A DNA stretch of 64,000 nucleotides from Lachnospiraceae bacterium (GTDB lineage Bacteria > Bacillota > Clostridia > Lachnospirales > Lachnospiraceae), in contig JAETON010000008.1 of the NCBI GenBank assembly GCA_021771695.1, positions 8,089-72,088 of the forward strand. Reading direction: 5' to 3'. This document shows, in pieces, positions 1 through 9,115 of the stretch. The notes under the pieces are model-generated. The model ran no database searches and was not told the origin of the DNA. It worked only from the letters and a program-made list of their open reading frames with translations. Numbering within the stretch: position 1 is the stretch's first letter; each line of letters begins with the position of its first letter. Both the position numbers and the translations under genes were made by a program.

Positions 1-990
1 ACATTTTAAAAAGGTTGTCTTTCCACTCCCATTTGCTCCGACAACTGCAAACATTTCCTGTTTCTTCAAACATAGCGATAAATTATCTAAAACCTTTTTC
101 TTTCCATAATCAGCATACAAATGTGATACTTTTAGCACTGTTTGGCCGCTGTCTCTCTTTTGGGAAACCAGTTCATACGAACAGTTTGATATTACATTTC
201 TGATTTCTCCCATAGAAAATATAGGTTTCATTCCAAAAGTTTCCGATAAACGAATAGCTTGTGGAAATGTTTCTTTTATCACGTCTTCCTGCTGATAAAA
301 ATAAGAAATTGTTTCCTTAACTGTTCCAACTGTTTGAATTTCTCCATGTTTCATAAACACACACTGATCTGCCATTTCCATAACATCTTCTAAATTATGT
401 GCAGCCATCACAACCGTGATTTGAAATTCCTTTTGCAGTTTTTCTATCATAGATAAAAAATTCTTTCTTCCAATGGGATCTAACTGTGCGGCCGGTTCAT
501 CTAAAATCAACACTTTCGGATGCATTGCCATAAGTGCTGCCAGATTTACCATCTGCTGCTGTCCGCCGGATAATTTCTGAATATCACAATCATAGATATC
601 CTGCAAATCAAAATAGTTCACAATTTCTGCTACATTTCGTTTCATCTGCTCATACGGCATCCCCATATTTTCTAATCCAAAAGCAATCTCGTGCCATACA
701 GTATCCATCACAATCTGATGTGCTGGATTTTGAAACAAATATGCAATTTCACTGACTGAATTTTCCGGTTTCAAGTCTTCTATAGAAGAACCTCTATAGA
801 AAATTTCTCCCTCTCTTTTTCCTTGTGGAAAAAGTTCTTTTTTTAAATGACGCAAAAGTGTCGTTTTCCCGCTGCCGCTTAACCCGGCAACTAATGTAAA
901 ACTCTCTTCTGGAATTTCTAATGTAACATTACGAAGTGCAGGAACTGTTGACAAAGCATATTGAAAGGACAATTTTTTAATCTGAAACAT
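1..990 (-). CDS. ECF transporter ATP-binding protein (partial, runs off the window start)
   Basis: Not in the ORF track; translated by hand from ATG at 990: MFQIKKLSFQYALST...GLSGSGKTT (Walker A), LSGGQQQMV (signature), VLILDEP (Walker B). The start overlaps the ecfT stop. Confidence 0.9.
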   Translation of the reverse strand, partial: MFQIKKLSFQYALSTVPALRNVTLEIPEESFTLVAGLSGSGKTTLLRHLKKELFPQGKREGEIFYRGSSIEDLKPENSVSEIAYLFQNPAHQIVMDTVWHEIAFGLENMGMPYEQMKRNVAEIVNYFDLQDIYDCDIQKLSGGQQQMVNLAALMAMHPKVLILDEPAAQLDPIGRKNFLSMIEKLQKEFQITVVMAAHNLEDVMEMADQCVFMKHGEIQTVGTVKETISYFYQQEDVIKETFPQAIRLSETFGMKPIFSMGEIRNVISNCSYELVSQKRDSGQTVLKVSHLYADYGKKKVLDNLSLCLKKQEMFAVVGANGSGKTTFLKC

Positions 991-1813
991 AAGAACCCTC
1001 CCTCCCAAAAAACGGCAGCAAAATCTGCATCGCCATGAAAATCATAAATACAACATCCCGTATTCCCATAGGATTCCACAAAATCATTGGATAAAAATAA
1101 AATTTAGAATACAGTTTTATATATCCATATCCATTGATCAGACATAATACAAGAACCTCTAAAATACAAAGTGCATCTTTCCTTTCAAACTGAAACAAAT
1201 GAAAATGCGTTCTTTTCTTTAATCCATATCCTCTGGCATTCATAGAATCCAACTGGTCCATGGAGGTTTCAAATGCCCATGTCGTCTCCATTGAAAATAT
1301 TTTCATTGCACGACGAATCGGAGATTCTTTTCCAAACTGCTTCTGCGTATCTATCATCAATTTTGCCTGTTTTTTATATTTGGGAAGTAATCCGACTGCC
1401 ATCGAAAACATAACTCCAAGTTTTGGAAAAGTACTTCCAAACAAATATATCCAGTGTTCACAGCGGAAATATCTTTGAAAAACAGAAAACAACAGCAATA
1501 CATTCATCAAAAGGCATCCATAATGCAGACCATAAAGCAATGCCTCCAGTGTCACTGGGAGACTTCCTATATAAAATAATATCGTTATTCCCCGCTGTAC
1601 AAATAGTGGATTGGTGATTGCTGCTATAAATACCACTCCCAAAAATGGAAATATCCTGCGCAGACTATTTTCATGATAAAAATACAAAATACACAAGCAT
1701 ATCGACTGTACTCCCGTCATCCAAGGATGCCGGCTCCACATAGAAAATAGAAATATCCCTGCAAAATATAGCAGCAGTCCCAGCGGATGCATCCTTTTCA
1801 ATGCTTTTTTCAT
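977..1813 (-). CDS. ecfT: ECF transporter transmembrane (T) component
   Basis: Hydrophobic, CbiQ/EcfT-like with 'DSMNARGYG' motif; lies between the lipoprotein and the ATPase. Start placed at MKKALK (1813), next to the upstream stop, rather than at 1867. Confidence 0.85.
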   Translation of the reverse strand: MKKALKRMHPLGLLLYFAGIFLFSMWSRHPWMTGVQSICLCILYFYHENSLRRIFPFLGVVFIAAITNPLFVQRGITILFYIGSLPVTLEALLYGLHYGCLLMNVLLLFSVFQRYFRCEHWIYLFGSTFPKLGVMFSMAVGLLPKYKKQAKLMIDTQKQFGKESPIRRAMKIFSMETTWAFETSMDQLDSMNARGYGLKKRTHFHLFQFERKDALCILEVLVLCLINGYGYIKLYSKFYFYPMILWNPMGIRDVVFMIFMAMQILLPFFGREGSYVSD

Positions 1814-1814
1814 G

Positions 1815-2495
1815 TTAGATGTCTCCTCTTTCACAAGTATACAGCCATTGAATTTGATCTCCTTCATGCACTGTATACTTTCCTGCTCCTACATTTGGAA
1901 ATTTGCCATTTACTTTATACATCCATCCGCTGTAACGTCCACAGTCAAACTCATACAATCCATCAATTCCTTGTACATATCCTTTGCTGGTATCAATACT
2001 TACTCCGGTTCTTTTCAATACTGTCATTACCGTATCCCCATCTTCTATTTTCAACTGTCCGCTGTAAATTTTACCGCCAGACGGAATTTGATAATTGGAT
2101 TTTAATTTATCTTTATTCTTTAAAACGGTATGACAGTTAATCGCAATTCGACAGAATTTTTCCTGCCTTTCTTGACTTGTTTCTGTTGTTGTCGTTTTTT
2201 TACGTTCTGTTGTTGATGCTTTCTTTTGTTTTGAATTTTTAGAAGATTTCTTTGAACTCTTTTTTGCAGCCTTTTTCTTTTCTTCCGTTGTTTTCTTATT
2301 TGTTTTTTCTTGTTTTTTCTTTTTCTCTGTTTTTTCTTTTTTGGTTTCCTTTTCTTGGCTGCTGTCTGTTTTCTTCACAGAACTTTCTGTGACCGTATCA
2401 TTCTTTCCTGTTTCTTTTTTATTTTGATTCTTTGAGCAGGCTGTCATAGATACAGACAGCATAAAAATTAACAGCCACGTTATAAATTTTTTCAT
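1815..2495 (-). CDS. Lipoprotein with C-terminal DUF4430 / transcobalamin-like domain, probable cobalamin-binding component
   Basis: Lipobox 'SMTAC'; K/T/S/E-rich linker; C-terminal 'GYVQGIDGLYEFDCGRYSGWMYKVNG...GD.IQWLYT'; first gene after the B12 riboswitch. Confidence 0.8.
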   Translation of the reverse strand: MKKFITWLLIFMLSVSMTACSKNQNKKETGKNDTVTESSVKKTDSSQEKETKKEKTEKKKKQEKTNKKTTEEKKKAAKKSSKKSSKNSKQKKASTTERKKTTTTETSQERQEKFCRIAINCHTVLKNKDKLKSNYQIPSGGKIYSGQLKIEDGDTVMTVLKRTGVSIDTSKGYVQGIDGLYEFDCGRYSGWMYKVNGKFPNVGAGKYTVHEGDQIQWLYTCERGDI

Positions 2496-2651
2496 AAAAA
2501 TAGATCCTCCCGTAAAAACGCACCAAAGGATCTACTATTATCTCTTTTTAATTTTTGTCTTTCTTGTACCACGAATAAACCAAGGCTTTCATTCCTTAGT
2601 TTCTTTGCATGATCAGAACGACTCTATACATCGTAAAGTATATCCTTAGAT

Positions 2652-2806
2652 AATGGCAAGTATTCCGGCTCTGATTCAACGTCTTGGCACCTTCCCAGTT
2701 TCCCAGTGGCATATCGCCTCAACTCCTCATCACGGCGGCGGGACCGCTCAGGATTTCCACCTGATTCCAGTTTCATGTCTCTTTACGAGGCAACCATTAA
2801 ATATGC
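2652..2806 (-). ncRNA. Cobalamin (B12) riboswitch
   Basis: The minus strand carries the conserved elements AAACTGGAATCAGGTGGAAATCCTGAGCGGTCCCGCCGCCGTGA, GCCACTGGGAAACTGGGAAGG and AGCCGGAATACTTGCC, upstream of a B12-type ECF operon. Confidence 0.92.
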
Positions 2807-2853
2807 ATTTGTATTTATTTTTTATTTTATTATCGCTTTCTGTTTTCAATTTG

Positions 2854-3630
2854 TCAATATTTTATCTGTTTTCCTGCCGGATCAATTCGATAATCTTTCC
2901 GATAAATCAATTGGGACACTGGTACAAATTGATAGCCCTTTTTCTTTAAATCCCGGATCATTGGCTGTAATGCCTTTTTCGTACATTTCGTTCCCGTATG
3001 CAGTAAAATAATTCCTCCATTATCCAAATTTTTATGATCGCAGACTTTATTTATGACTCCATCAACTCCCGGTTCCATCCAATCTAAACTGTCAATACTC
3101 CATTGTATACTATAATATCCCATATCCTCTGCATTTCGTATTACCTCTGAATCATAATCTCCATATGGCGGACGAAATAGTTCCATAGAAGTTCCCAATA
3201 ATGCTTTTATTTTATCATCCGCACCTCGTATTTCTTTTTGCTGTTCTTCCTTAGATAATTTCGTCATATACTTATGGTTATCCCCGTGATTTCCTATATC
3301 ATGCCCTGCTTCATACACCTTTTTTACATCTTCTGAATAGCGGCTAATCCAGTCCCCCGAAAAGAAAAATGTTGCCTTTACATTTTCCTTTTTTAAAATA
3401 TCTAGAATCTCCTTCATATCTTCATTTCCCCATGCCACATCAAACGTCAGGCTTAATACCTTCTTTTTTGTATCGACGCAATATATCGGAATTTTCTTTT
3501 CTTCGCTTTCTTTCCACACATAAATATTTTCCCGAAACGCTTCCTGCACATTCTTATAAAATCCAAAAATGCACAATGAAAGAATCAGCATCGCTAAAAT
3601 CCCGGAAACCCACTTTTTCCCTGCCCTCAA
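2854..3630 (-). CDS. Polysaccharide deacetylase (CE4, PdaB-like sporulation family)
   Basis: Motifs TFDVAWG, H-x-x-x-H (HGDNH), FRPPYG, DSLDW, LLH; N-terminal membrane anchor. Confidence 0.88.
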   Translation of the reverse strand: MRAGKKWVSGILAMLILSLCIFGFYKNVQEAFRENIYVWKESEEKKIPIYCVDTKKKVLSLTFDVAWGNEDMKEILDILKKENVKATFFFSGDWISRYSEDVKKVYEAGHDIGNHGDNHKYMTKLSKEEQQKEIRGADDKIKALLGTSMELFRPPYGDYDSEVIRNAEDMGYYSIQWSIDSLDWMEPGVDGVINKVCDHKNLDNGGIILLHTGTKCTKKALQPMIRDLKKKGYQFVPVSQLIYRKDYRIDPAGKQIKY

Positions 3631-3657
3631 AGTCTTATTTCCCTATCTGTTTTTTAC

Positions 3658-3686
3658 AGTCTATGACCGCTTAAATAAAAATATTC
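3658..3686 (-). promoter_or_regulatory. Putative sigma-E promoter of the deacetylase
   Basis: Minus strand GAATATT-N14-CATAGACT fits the sigma-E consensus and spacing; Bacillus pdaB is sigma-E dependent. Confidence 0.5.
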
Positions 3687-3724
3687 AAAAGGCCCAATAC
3701 CAGCCCAATCATTTTTCATTGAAC

Positions 3725-3765
3725 AGAGCCTTATTCTAATTTACAAACACTTAGAATAAGGCTCT
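3725..3765 (-). terminator. Intrinsic terminator after the amidase
   Basis: Perfect 15-bp stem AGAGCCTTATTCTAA / TTAGAATAAGGCTCT, 11-nt loop. Confidence 0.7.
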
Positions 3766-3786
3766 TATTTTTCCAAATATCGATTT

Positions 3787-4548
3787 TTACTTTTTTACAA
3801 CCAGCGTATCATACCCTTTCTGTTTCAATTGATTTTCCAAATTTACTGCTTCATCCAAAGTATTAAATTCTCCCAGCTGCACGGCATAAAAAGGTGCTTC
3901 ATAAATAATATCCCCATCAAAACCTTGAGCTAAAGCTTCATTTAACGCATACTGTGCATTGGAAAAATTTCGATACAAACCAACCTGCACCCGGTAAATG
4001 CCGCTCAATGCCTGCTGCCCGCTTCCAATAGTTTCCATAATTCCATCTGCAATTGCCTGTGCAATATCATCAAATCGTTCATCGAACATCTGATTATCTT
4101 GATTGGAATTTAAAAAACCTGCTTCAATCAAAATAGCTGGAATATTTGTTCTTTTCAATACAGTCAAATTTGTACGTTCTTTGACTCCCAAATCCTGAAA
4201 CCCAACATCTGCAAGCTGAGCATTTACATTTCTTGCCATTTCTGCTTTGACTCCATTGTTATCAAATACCAATGTTTCTACTCCGCTGTATTGATTGACA
4301 TTGGGACTGGAATTGCGGTGAAAGGATATAAAATAATCTGCTCCGCTGGCATTTCCAATTCTAGCCTTTTCGGAAGGTGACTGATAAATGTCGCTCTGTC
4401 TGGTATAAGAAACAGGAATTCCGTTTCTAGATAAAATTTCCCCAACTGCAAGGGTCAAGCGAAGATTATCATCCTTTTCCCTTCTTCCATTAAACTGTGC
4501 TCCATTATCATAACCGCCGTGTCCGGCGTCCAAAATTACTCCCGGCAT
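3787..4548 (-). CDS. N-acetylmuramoyl-L-alanine amidase (Amidase_3) with C-terminal SPOR domain
   Basis: LDAGHGG, EKDDNL, SFHRN and ILIEAGF zinc-amidase motifs; C-terminal 'YRVQVG.Y...NA' SPOR repeat. Confidence 0.9.
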   Translation of the reverse strand: MPGVILDAGHGGYDNGAQFNGRREKDDNLRLTLAVGEILSRNGIPVSYTRQSDIYQSPSEKARIGNASGADYFISFHRNSSPNVNQYSGVETLVFDNNGVKAEMARNVNAQLADVGFQDLGVKERTNLTVLKRTNIPAILIEAGFLNSNQDNQMFDERFDDIAQAIADGIMETIGSGQQALSGIYRVQVGLYRNFSNAQYALNEALAQGFDGDIIYEAPFYAVQLGEFNTLDEAVNLENQLKQKGYDTLVVKK

Positions 4549-4575
4549 AACAACCTCACATACATTCCTTGTGAT

Positions 4576-4602
4576 AGTTTATGCCTATCCAGTAAAAATG
4601 TG
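4576..4602 (-). promoter_or_regulatory. Putative sigma-K-type promoter of the amidase
   Basis: Minus strand CACA-N15-CATAAACT; same architecture as the motif upstream of cotJA. Confidence 0.45.
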
Positions 4603-4616
4603 ATAATCTAAATTCA

Positions 4617-4730
4617 CTAATTCAAAGAAAAATAATTTCCTTTCCGTACAAATGTATATCCCATGGCACTTGCAATCTTTTCAATTGGAACCTCTTTTGC
4701 CATGGCAATCTGTTCAGATGTCAAATGCAT
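4617..4730 (-). pseudogene. 37-aa stub resembling the N-terminus of an ICE-type primase / DUF3991-toprim protein
   Basis: Strong RBS (AAAGGAGG) then MHLTSEQIAMAKEVPIEKIASAMGYTFVRKGNYFSLN*; resemblance judged by eye only. Confidence 0.4.
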
Positions 4731-4861
4731 TTCTTCCTCCTTTCATCTTGGGCATAAGAAAACCACGCATCACTGCGCGGCTCCTTTTCTCAATATTCTG
4801 TTTTTTTACTATAAAACAATTTTATACTTGCTCATTTTTCTACTGAAAATATCTGGTATTG

Positions 4862-6055
4862 CTACCTTTCATATTTTTTACTTTTTCTTTTAATCTGTAT
4901 CTTTTTCAGATTATCTCTACAAAAATTCTGGCTTATAATATAATCTGTCCTGTTACTTAACCAGACAGATAATTTATCTCTTCTGTTTTCATCAATGGCT
5001 GGCGATTTCTTCAATAATTCAGAAAATTCTTCTCCAATTCCTTTTAACCTCTTAAAATCATATCTTTCAATGTCTGTTACATACTGTATCTGATTTTCAT
5101 GATATTTTTTAAATGGTTTGGATGGATTCGCTGTCTGATTTTTAATATATATTGTTGGAATTCCATTAAAAGCTGAAGTCCCGCTGTCAAAAATGGGAGC
5201 TGCCTTTTCAATCTGCAATGTATTTACATTTCGTATGATTCCAAAATTATTGTAATGCCTGTCCTGATTGCATATGACAAAATCCAAAACCAGCATATCA
5301 TCAATATCCCTTATTACATCTAACCCATACTCTTTACAGGTTTCAATAAAATGTTGATATTCTGAAGCATTTCCTTTTTTCTTTTTTGACCGCATAACAG
5401 AACTTGCAGAAATCAATTCCGTATCTTCTGTAATAAAATTTTCACATAAAGAAAAAATATTTCTTGAAGAATTATATAAAGAATATTTTGTATAATTAGA
5501 AATTCCAAGTCGTTCACATACCATATTCGCAAGAATCTCATTTAATGGTTCCTGTTGGGCAATTCCGCTGCCGGATTTTAATAAAAATCTTTTTCCATCT
5601 ATAATTGTCCATTTTTTCTTTAACCATCCATCCGATGTATTATTGGGTGACATAAAATCTCCATTGAATTCACCCCCAAATAATGCAGATCCAACATCAT
5701 CTGTAAATGGATTCTGGAAAAAGTTAATATTTTTCCATTTTACTGATGAATTCTTAGGACATATCCAATATTGATCACTTAATGATAATCCATAATTTTT
5801 TTCCAGTAACTCTTTTGGAGTATCAATATTCATATGTTCCAGTGCATCTCTAATTCCTGATCTGCTGGCTGGAATTGCTCTTCCAGACCACCAATGATTG
5901 AGAAATTTTCTGTCGGGACCAAACTTTGCATTCATTCCAAGAGGCATCCATTCCGGATTCCATACATCCAAAATTTTTAAAATAATTCCATCCTCTATTT
6001 CCAAATCTAATACCGCTTTTTCTTTATTCATTAACGTATAAATCAACAGATCCAC
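4862..6055 (-). CDS. HipA-like Ser/Thr kinase (HipA C-terminal domain family)
   Basis: 'SPNNTSDGWLKKKW' ATP loop, 'LLKSGS', 'EPLNE', catalytic 'NQDRHYNNFG' and 'APIFDSGTS'. Frame intact; true start may be a few codons downstream. Confidence 0.85.
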   Translation of the reverse strand: MDLLIYTLMNKEKAVLDLEIEDGIILKILDVWNPEWMPLGMNAKFGPDRKFLNHWWSGRAIPASRSGIRDALEHMNIDTPKELLEKNYGLSLSDQYWICPKNSSVKWKNINFFQNPFTDDVGSALFGGEFNGDFMSPNNTSDGWLKKKWTIIDGKRFLLKSGSGIAQQEPLNEILANMVCERLGISNYTKYSLYNSSRNIFSLCENFITEDTELISASSVMRSKKKKGNASEYQHFIETCKEYGLDVIRDIDDMLVLDFVICNQDRHYNNFGIIRNVNTLQIEKAAPIFDSGTSAFNGIPTIYIKNQTANPSKPFKKYHENQIQYVTDIERYDFKRLKGIGEEFSELLKKSPAIDENRRDKLSVWLSNRTDYIISQNFCRDNLKKIQIKRKSKKYER

Positions 6056-6109
6056 CTCCTTCTTTTATATCTTTCTCTGTCATTTTCCAAGATGAATTTA
6101 TCAAATTAT

Positions 6110-6290
6110 ATAACTTTTTCATCTTCTATAATTTTCAAAACTTTTCCCTTTTTCATTTGGACTAATCCCAATATAATTAGGATTTTGAATAATTTCAGAC
6201 AGTTTATTTATATACTGAGTACATTCTGGATGTTTTTTTTAATATGCTTAATTCATCCATCAGATTGATATATATAATCATAGTTATTAA
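6110..6290 (-). pseudogene. Remnant resembling a PBECR-family (barnase/EndoU/RelE-fold) nuclease
   Basis: Manual translation: YIYQSDG*IKHIKK-(frameshift in an 8-A run)-HPECTQYINKLSEIIQNPNYIGISPNEKGKSFE; one nonsense codon, one frameshift, truncated. Confidence 0.5.
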
Positions 6291-6295
6291 TAAAC

Positions 6296-6825
6296 TCATA
6301 ATAATGGCCAAATTTTTAATTGTTCTTTAATTTCTTTTTCGAGTACTGCAATTTCAGCATTATCCTTTTCTATTAATTTTTGACGAATTTTTTTCTCAGC
6401 TGCCCTGCGGAACAAAACTCCATGGGGCAGCACAATAGCCATCGTTCCATCATTATTTAAATTAGAATCTTTCAATTTACTTGCCCTGTTGTCCCATTTT
6501 GCAGAATATGGAGAATTTGCTACAACTGCATCAAAACTTCTTGGCTGGTCAATCCCCCATTTCATCCGGTCCATCCGGTCAGTCAATCTCTAGTTATCCG
6601 CATTATTTAATGTCATATTATTAAATGAAACACCATGCATCATCAAATTCATCTGGGTTAAATTATAAGTTGTGCATTCAATTCCTGCCCATAAAATTTT
6701 ATTGCTCCGTCTTTTTCACCTTTGGGCAATTCTTCTTTTACCGTAAGTAATAAGGAACCAGAACCCATTGTTGGATCATATACGGTAAATGCCTCATCCG
6801 ATTCCTCCCTGTTACTTGTTACTAT
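6296..6825 (-). pseudogene. hsdM: Type I restriction-modification methyltransferase (HsdM) remnant
   Basis: VYDPTMGSGSLL (motif I), KFYGQELN, MNLMMHGV, FDAVVANSPYS (motif IV, NPPY to NSPY), MAIVLPHGVLFR and a C-terminal 'EIAVLEKEIKEQLK' survive; broken by frameshifts, a stop and internal deletions. Confidence 0.88.
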
Positions 6826-6841
6826 TTAAAATTAACATACT

Positions 6842-7171
6842 TTAATGCAAAATTACTGTTGCCATTTTTCTCTCTTTGACATCACAAAGCACGGCACGGC
6901 AGCTGAAAAATCCCAGTACCGCATATTCCATAAAGTGTGCCATCTTCCTCACCAATGTATGCACTCGTTCTGCATATATCAATAATTCTGAAGCAGATGA
7001 AATATGAAAGGCTCCAATCCATCCTAAAATTCTAGCCAATATTTTCGCATATCCAATACTCATTTTTGAAGAGGAATTCCCCGTTTTGGCAGAAAACAGA
7101 AAGATCAATATCATAAGAACGACCGTTATAATCCAATATAACAGCTGTTCCTTTCTTTTTTGTATATTCAT
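6842..7171 (-). pseudogene. VanZ-family membrane protein, apparently 3'-truncated
   Basis: 'ILIFLFSA' and 'VRKMAHFMEYAVLGF' present; the C-terminal 'DE.HQ.FVPGR...D' part is missing and hsdM sequence begins ~17 bp after the stop. Confidence 0.7.
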
Positions 7172-7173
7172 AC

Positions 7174-8196
7174 TTATAAACGATTTCCATACATTTTATC
7201 AAAATAATTTGCGTATTCTCCAGATAAAATATTCTGCCACCATTCTTTGTTATCCAGATACCACGCAATAGTCTGTGCAATTCCTGTATCGAAATTGTAC
7301 TGTGGTTTCCATCCAAGTTCTGTCTCTAACTTTGTAGGATCAATGGCATAGCGCATGTCATGTCCCGGACGGTCTGTCACAAACTTAATTAAGCTTTCCG
7401 GCTTATCCAGTGCCTTTAAGATTGTTTTTACCACTTCTAAATTGGTACGTTCATTATGTCCGCCTACATTATACACTTCCCCAACTTTTCCATTGTGAAT
7501 AATCAAATCAATGGCCTGACAATGGTCAGATACATGGAGCCAGTCACGGACATTTTCACCTTTTCCATAAACCGGAAGTTCTTCGTCTGCTAACGCACGG
7601 CTGATCATCAGAGGAATTAATTTCTCTGGGAAATGATATGGGCCATAGTTATTAGAACATCTGGAAATCGTTACCGGAAGGCCAAAAGTTCTGTGATATG
7701 CCAAAACAAATAAATCTGCACTTGCTTTAGAACTGCTGTATGGGCTGGATGTATGAAGCGGTGTTTCTTCCGTAAAGAACAAGTCTGGACGGTCCAATGG
7801 CAAATCCCCATAAACTTCATCCGTAGATACCTGATGATAACGTTTTACACCATATGCCTTTGCCGCATCTAAAAGCACTACCGTTCCCTCTACATTTGTT
7901 TTTACAAAAATCGAAGGATCTTCAATGGAACGGTCTACGTGGCTTTCTGCAGCAAAGTTTACTACAATATCAAACTTTTCTTTTTCAAACAAGTCCATAA
8001 TAAATGGACGGTCTGCAATATCACCTTTCACAAACTTATAATTCGGCTTCTTTTCCACTGGTTTCAGTGTTTCTAAATTTCCTGCATAAGTCAACAAATC
8101 CAAGTTCACAATCTCGTAATCCGGATATTTATTTACCATATGATGTACAAAGTTACCGCCGATAAATCCTGCTCCGCCTGTTACTAATATTTTCAT
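7174..8196 (-). CDS. rmlB: dTDP-glucose 4,6-dehydratase
   Basis: VTGGAGFIG, FAAESHVDRSI, STDEVYG, YSSSKAS. Confidence 0.97.
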   Translation of the reverse strand: MKILVTGGAGFIGGNFVHHMVNKYPDYEIVNLDLLTYAGNLETLKPVEKKPNYKFVKGDIADRPFIMDLFEKEKFDIVVNFAAESHVDRSIEDPSIFVKTNVEGTVVLLDAAKAYGVKRYHQVSTDEVYGDLPLDRPDLFFTEETPLHTSSPYSSSKASADLFVLAYHRTFGLPVTISRCSNNYGPYHFPEKLIPLMISRALADEELPVYGKGENVRDWLHVSDHCQAIDLIIHNGKVGEVYNVGGHNERTNLEVVKTILKALDKPESLIKFVTDRPGHDMRYAIDPTKLETELGWKPQYNFDTGIAQTIAWYLDNKEWWQNILSGEYANYFDKMYGNRL

Positions 8197-8209
8197 CTTT
8201 CTTTACTCC

Positions 8210-9091
8210 TTATTTATCCAAAAATTTTCCTGCCATAACATCTAAAAGGTACTGTCCATATTGATTTTTCCGTAACGGTTCAATATCCGTTAACAGCTGG
8301 TCTTTTGTAATCCAATGATTTAAATATGCAATTTCTTCCAGACATGCAATTTTTCTATGCTGATGGGTTTCCACTGTTTTTACGAAGTTGGTTGCCTCTA
8401 CTAAAGATTCATGCGTTCCTGTATCCAGCCAAGTAAATCCCTGTCCCAAAAGCTCTACTTCCAGTTCCTCATGTTCCAAATAGATTTTATTCAAATCTGT
8501 GATTTCCAACTCCCCTCTGGCAGATGGTTTCAACTGCTTTGCGTACTCAACCACTCGATGATCATAAAAATATAATCCTGTGACACAATAATTGGATTTT
8601 GGATGTTTTGGTTTTTCCTCAATAGAAACCGCTTTTCCATCGCTGTCAAATTCTACAATGCCGAAACGTTCCGGATCATCTACATAATACCCGAATACAG
8701 TCGCACCCTGCTTTTTATTCGCTGCACGAAGCAGACGTTTTTTCAAACCGTGTCCATGGAAAATATTATCTCCCAACACCATAGCTACACTGTCATCTTC
8801 AATAAATTCTTCTCCGATGATAAATGCCTGTGCCAATCCATCCGGTGAAGCCTGCACTGCATATTCAAGATGAATTCCAAACTGATGTCCATCCCCTAAC
8901 AGTGATTCAAATCTCGGTGTATCTTCCGGTGTGGAAATAATCAAAATATCCCGGATTCCTGCATTCATTAAAACAGAAAGCGGATAATAAATCATTGGTT
9001 TATCATAAATTGGCAGCAGCTGTTTGGATGTTACCATAGTTAACGGATACAATCTGGTGCCGGAGCCTCCGGCAAGTATAATTCCCTTCAT
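8210..9091 (-). CDS. rmlA: Glucose-1-phosphate thymidylyltransferase
   Basis: [44 protein letters not shown]. Confidence 0.97.
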   Translation of the reverse strand: MKGIILAGGSGTRLYPLTMVTSKQLLPIYDKPMIYYPLSVLMNAGIRDILIISTPEDTPRFESLLGDGHQFGIHLEYAVQASPDGLAQAFIIGEEFIEDDSVAMVLGDNIFHGHGLKKRLLRAANKKQGATVFGYYVDDPERFGIVEFDSDGKAVSIEEKPKHPKSNYCVTGLYFYDHRVVEYAKQLKPSARGELEITDLNKIYLEHEELEVELLGQGFTWLDTGTHESLVEATNFVKTVETHQHRKIACLEEIAYLNHWITKDQLLTDIEPLRKNQYGQYLLDVMAGKFLDK

Positions 9092-9115
9092 TCGCTCTTC
9101 CTTTCTTTTTATCTT

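Noticed and set aside
2160-2420. T-rich low-complexity tract as a DNA repeat element
   Set aside because: Explained by the Lys/Glu/Thr-rich linker codons of the lipoprotein.
6198-6250. Short ORF MDELSILKKTSRMYSVYK as a HipB-like antitoxin
   Set aside because: Only 18 aa, no HTH, no RBS; better explained as an off-frame reading of the nuclease remnant.
6296-6586. 96-aa ORF as a functional mini-methyltransferase
   Set aside because: It lacks motif I in frame, has NSPY for NPPY and is a mosaic of deletion fragments.
4600-6850. att-like direct repeats bounding the decayed island
   Set aside because: No convincing shared sequence at the two edges; the boundaries look like deletion joins.
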